Position numbers and translations under genes: made by a program. The notes under the pieces are model-generated. The model saw only the letters and a program-made list of their open reading frames with translations. It had not been told where the DNA came from and did no database searches. DNA of 62,590 nt, filler included, from Stramenopiles sp. TOSAG23-2 (Eukaryota), in the NCBI GenBank assembly GCA_900128395.1. It is 41 parts of 41 records of this genome, joined end to end, with 100 filler letters (N's around TTAATTAATTAA, not from the genome) between each part and the next. Parts side by side here need not be neighbours in the genome. Positions count along the whole stretch, not along the records: positions 61,170 to 62,590 come from LT652943.1; 40 more parts are not named here. One strand, written 5' to 3'. This document shows positions 61,387-62,590 of this stretch, one piece after another; positions within the stretch are counted from its first letter, which is position 1; each line of letters begins with the position of its first letter.

Positions 61387-62118
61387 TTGGCTGATGTTAT
61401 TGTGAAGAACAAGTATTACACCAAGGAGGCATTGAAAGCATTATGTTTACAATGTTTAAAGGAGAAAGAAGCACATATAAAGAGAATAGAAAAGGAGGGG
61501 GATTTAGCAAAATTTAAAAAAGGCAGATATATGCCAGATATACATAACACAGGCAAGTATGTAGCAAAATGAACAAGACCTAACAAAAACAACAGTAAAT
61601 CCTGAACTCTCAATACAAGGACCTACAAGTTAAAGTCAACAAGTAAATCACCTCTGCATTTCCTATCTAGAATATCACAATTTACTATCACGGTGGATTC
61701 ACAAAAATTAACATCGTTGTGCAATGCCATAGCAAACAATTTAAAAGGACACGAGTACCGCGACAACAATATAAGCGATATGACGCTTGAAGAAACAGAG
61801 AAGCAGACACTCAAGGATTTATTAGAATCAAGAGGATCAGGAAAAGCATTTGAAAGAATTAAACAACAGATACAACACATGTATGGGGAAAACAACAAAG
61901 CAGCCGTGGCAACGTTTCTTATTAGATAAACGTGTTGATGCAGAAGGTAAACAGCTGGAAGAACAATTCAGACAATACATGAAATTGTTACCAAGAGAAT
62001 GTACATTATTGAACAAGTTTTGATCTGGAAGAAAATTTAGATCAACTGTTAAAGTATCAGGACCAACAAAGAAATCCATGTTCATTTTGTTACAAGGATA
62101 CAGCACCCGGTACAGGTA
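61387..62118 (+). pseudogene. Degraded ORF of unknown origin
   Basis: One frame 61387-61929 interrupted only by TGA at 61570 and 61603, then a frameshift and another TGA near 62041. Confidence 0.35.
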
Positions 62119-62433
62119 AGGTTTAATGTTCTGATTAGGTTTTTTTGGAAATACCACTCTACAGCAAAGCCGCACGTACATAGCTATATAGACGGTGTGA
62201 GGTGTGAAAACTAAAACTTCTTAGATATTTTGCAGTGAATGGAACAGACAAACATATAAAACTGCGTATCCATATATATATATAAAAGAAAATTGAAATA
62301 TTGCATACAACATATATCTACAACAGATTAACAAAATTATATACAATACAGATATATAAAAGATCAACGTACTATATCTCTCTCTATATAACAGATCATT
62401 GAAAATCAAAATAAAAAATAAATTATAATAATT

Positions 62434-62590
62434 ATGGATGATATTGTATTATGGGGAGGTGAGTCAAGTAGAGCTTTTCGCAGTCATTGGGCGTTACGTG
62501 AATTAGGCATTAATGATCAAATTAAAAGACAACATGTAGATATTGATCTACGTACAGGTGTGATCTTTCCACAAGATGAAAAAGCTGCTG
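62434..62590 (+). CDS. Glutathione S-transferase N-terminal domain (runs off the window; not in the ORF track)
   Basis: MDDIVLWGGESSRAFRSHWALRELGI...VDIDLRTG. Confidence 0.75.
   Translation, partial: MDDIVLWGGESSRAFRSHWALRELGINDQIKRQHVDIDLRTGVIFPQDEKAA

Overview
This is not a continuous genomic region. It is 41 short contigs, sorted by decreasing length (1438 to 1421 bp) and joined by identical artificial 100-nt spacers (N44-TTAATTAATTAA-N44, stops in all six frames), so neighbourhood across spacers means nothing. The DNA is AT-rich and eukaryotic: standard genetic code, few introns with GTAAGT...CTAAC...AG signals, and poly-Asn tracts. It is probably a single-cell or metagenome assembly of a protist; a marine stramenopile is my low-confidence guess. 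Recognisable genes or fragments include IMP4, DNAJC2/zuotin, SRP9, EIF1AD, acetyl-CoA carboxylase, VWA8, a Sec20-like SNARE, a RanBD nucleoporin, prolyl 4-hydroxylase, bacterial-type glucokinase, nitrile hydratase beta subunit, transporters, and ankyrin, LRR, SEL1 and WD40 proteins. Assembly artefacts are common: 55-bp terminal repeats, tandem duplications, homopolymer indels even in essential genes, and one fully palindromic contig. Three signals stand out. (1) At 38312-39234, a probable eukaryotic polymorphic-toxin C-terminus, with bacterial-style pre-toxin repeats, a Cys-bracketed RRRRLL cleavage loop and a CdiA-like PD-(D/E)xK nuclease tip. (2) A dispersed, hairpin-rich non-coding element family seen in four contigs, three of which share a sharply conserved end. 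(3) A GAIN/GPS protein with a 4-TM module inserted inside the GAIN region. All family assignments come from motif recognition by eye, without database searches.
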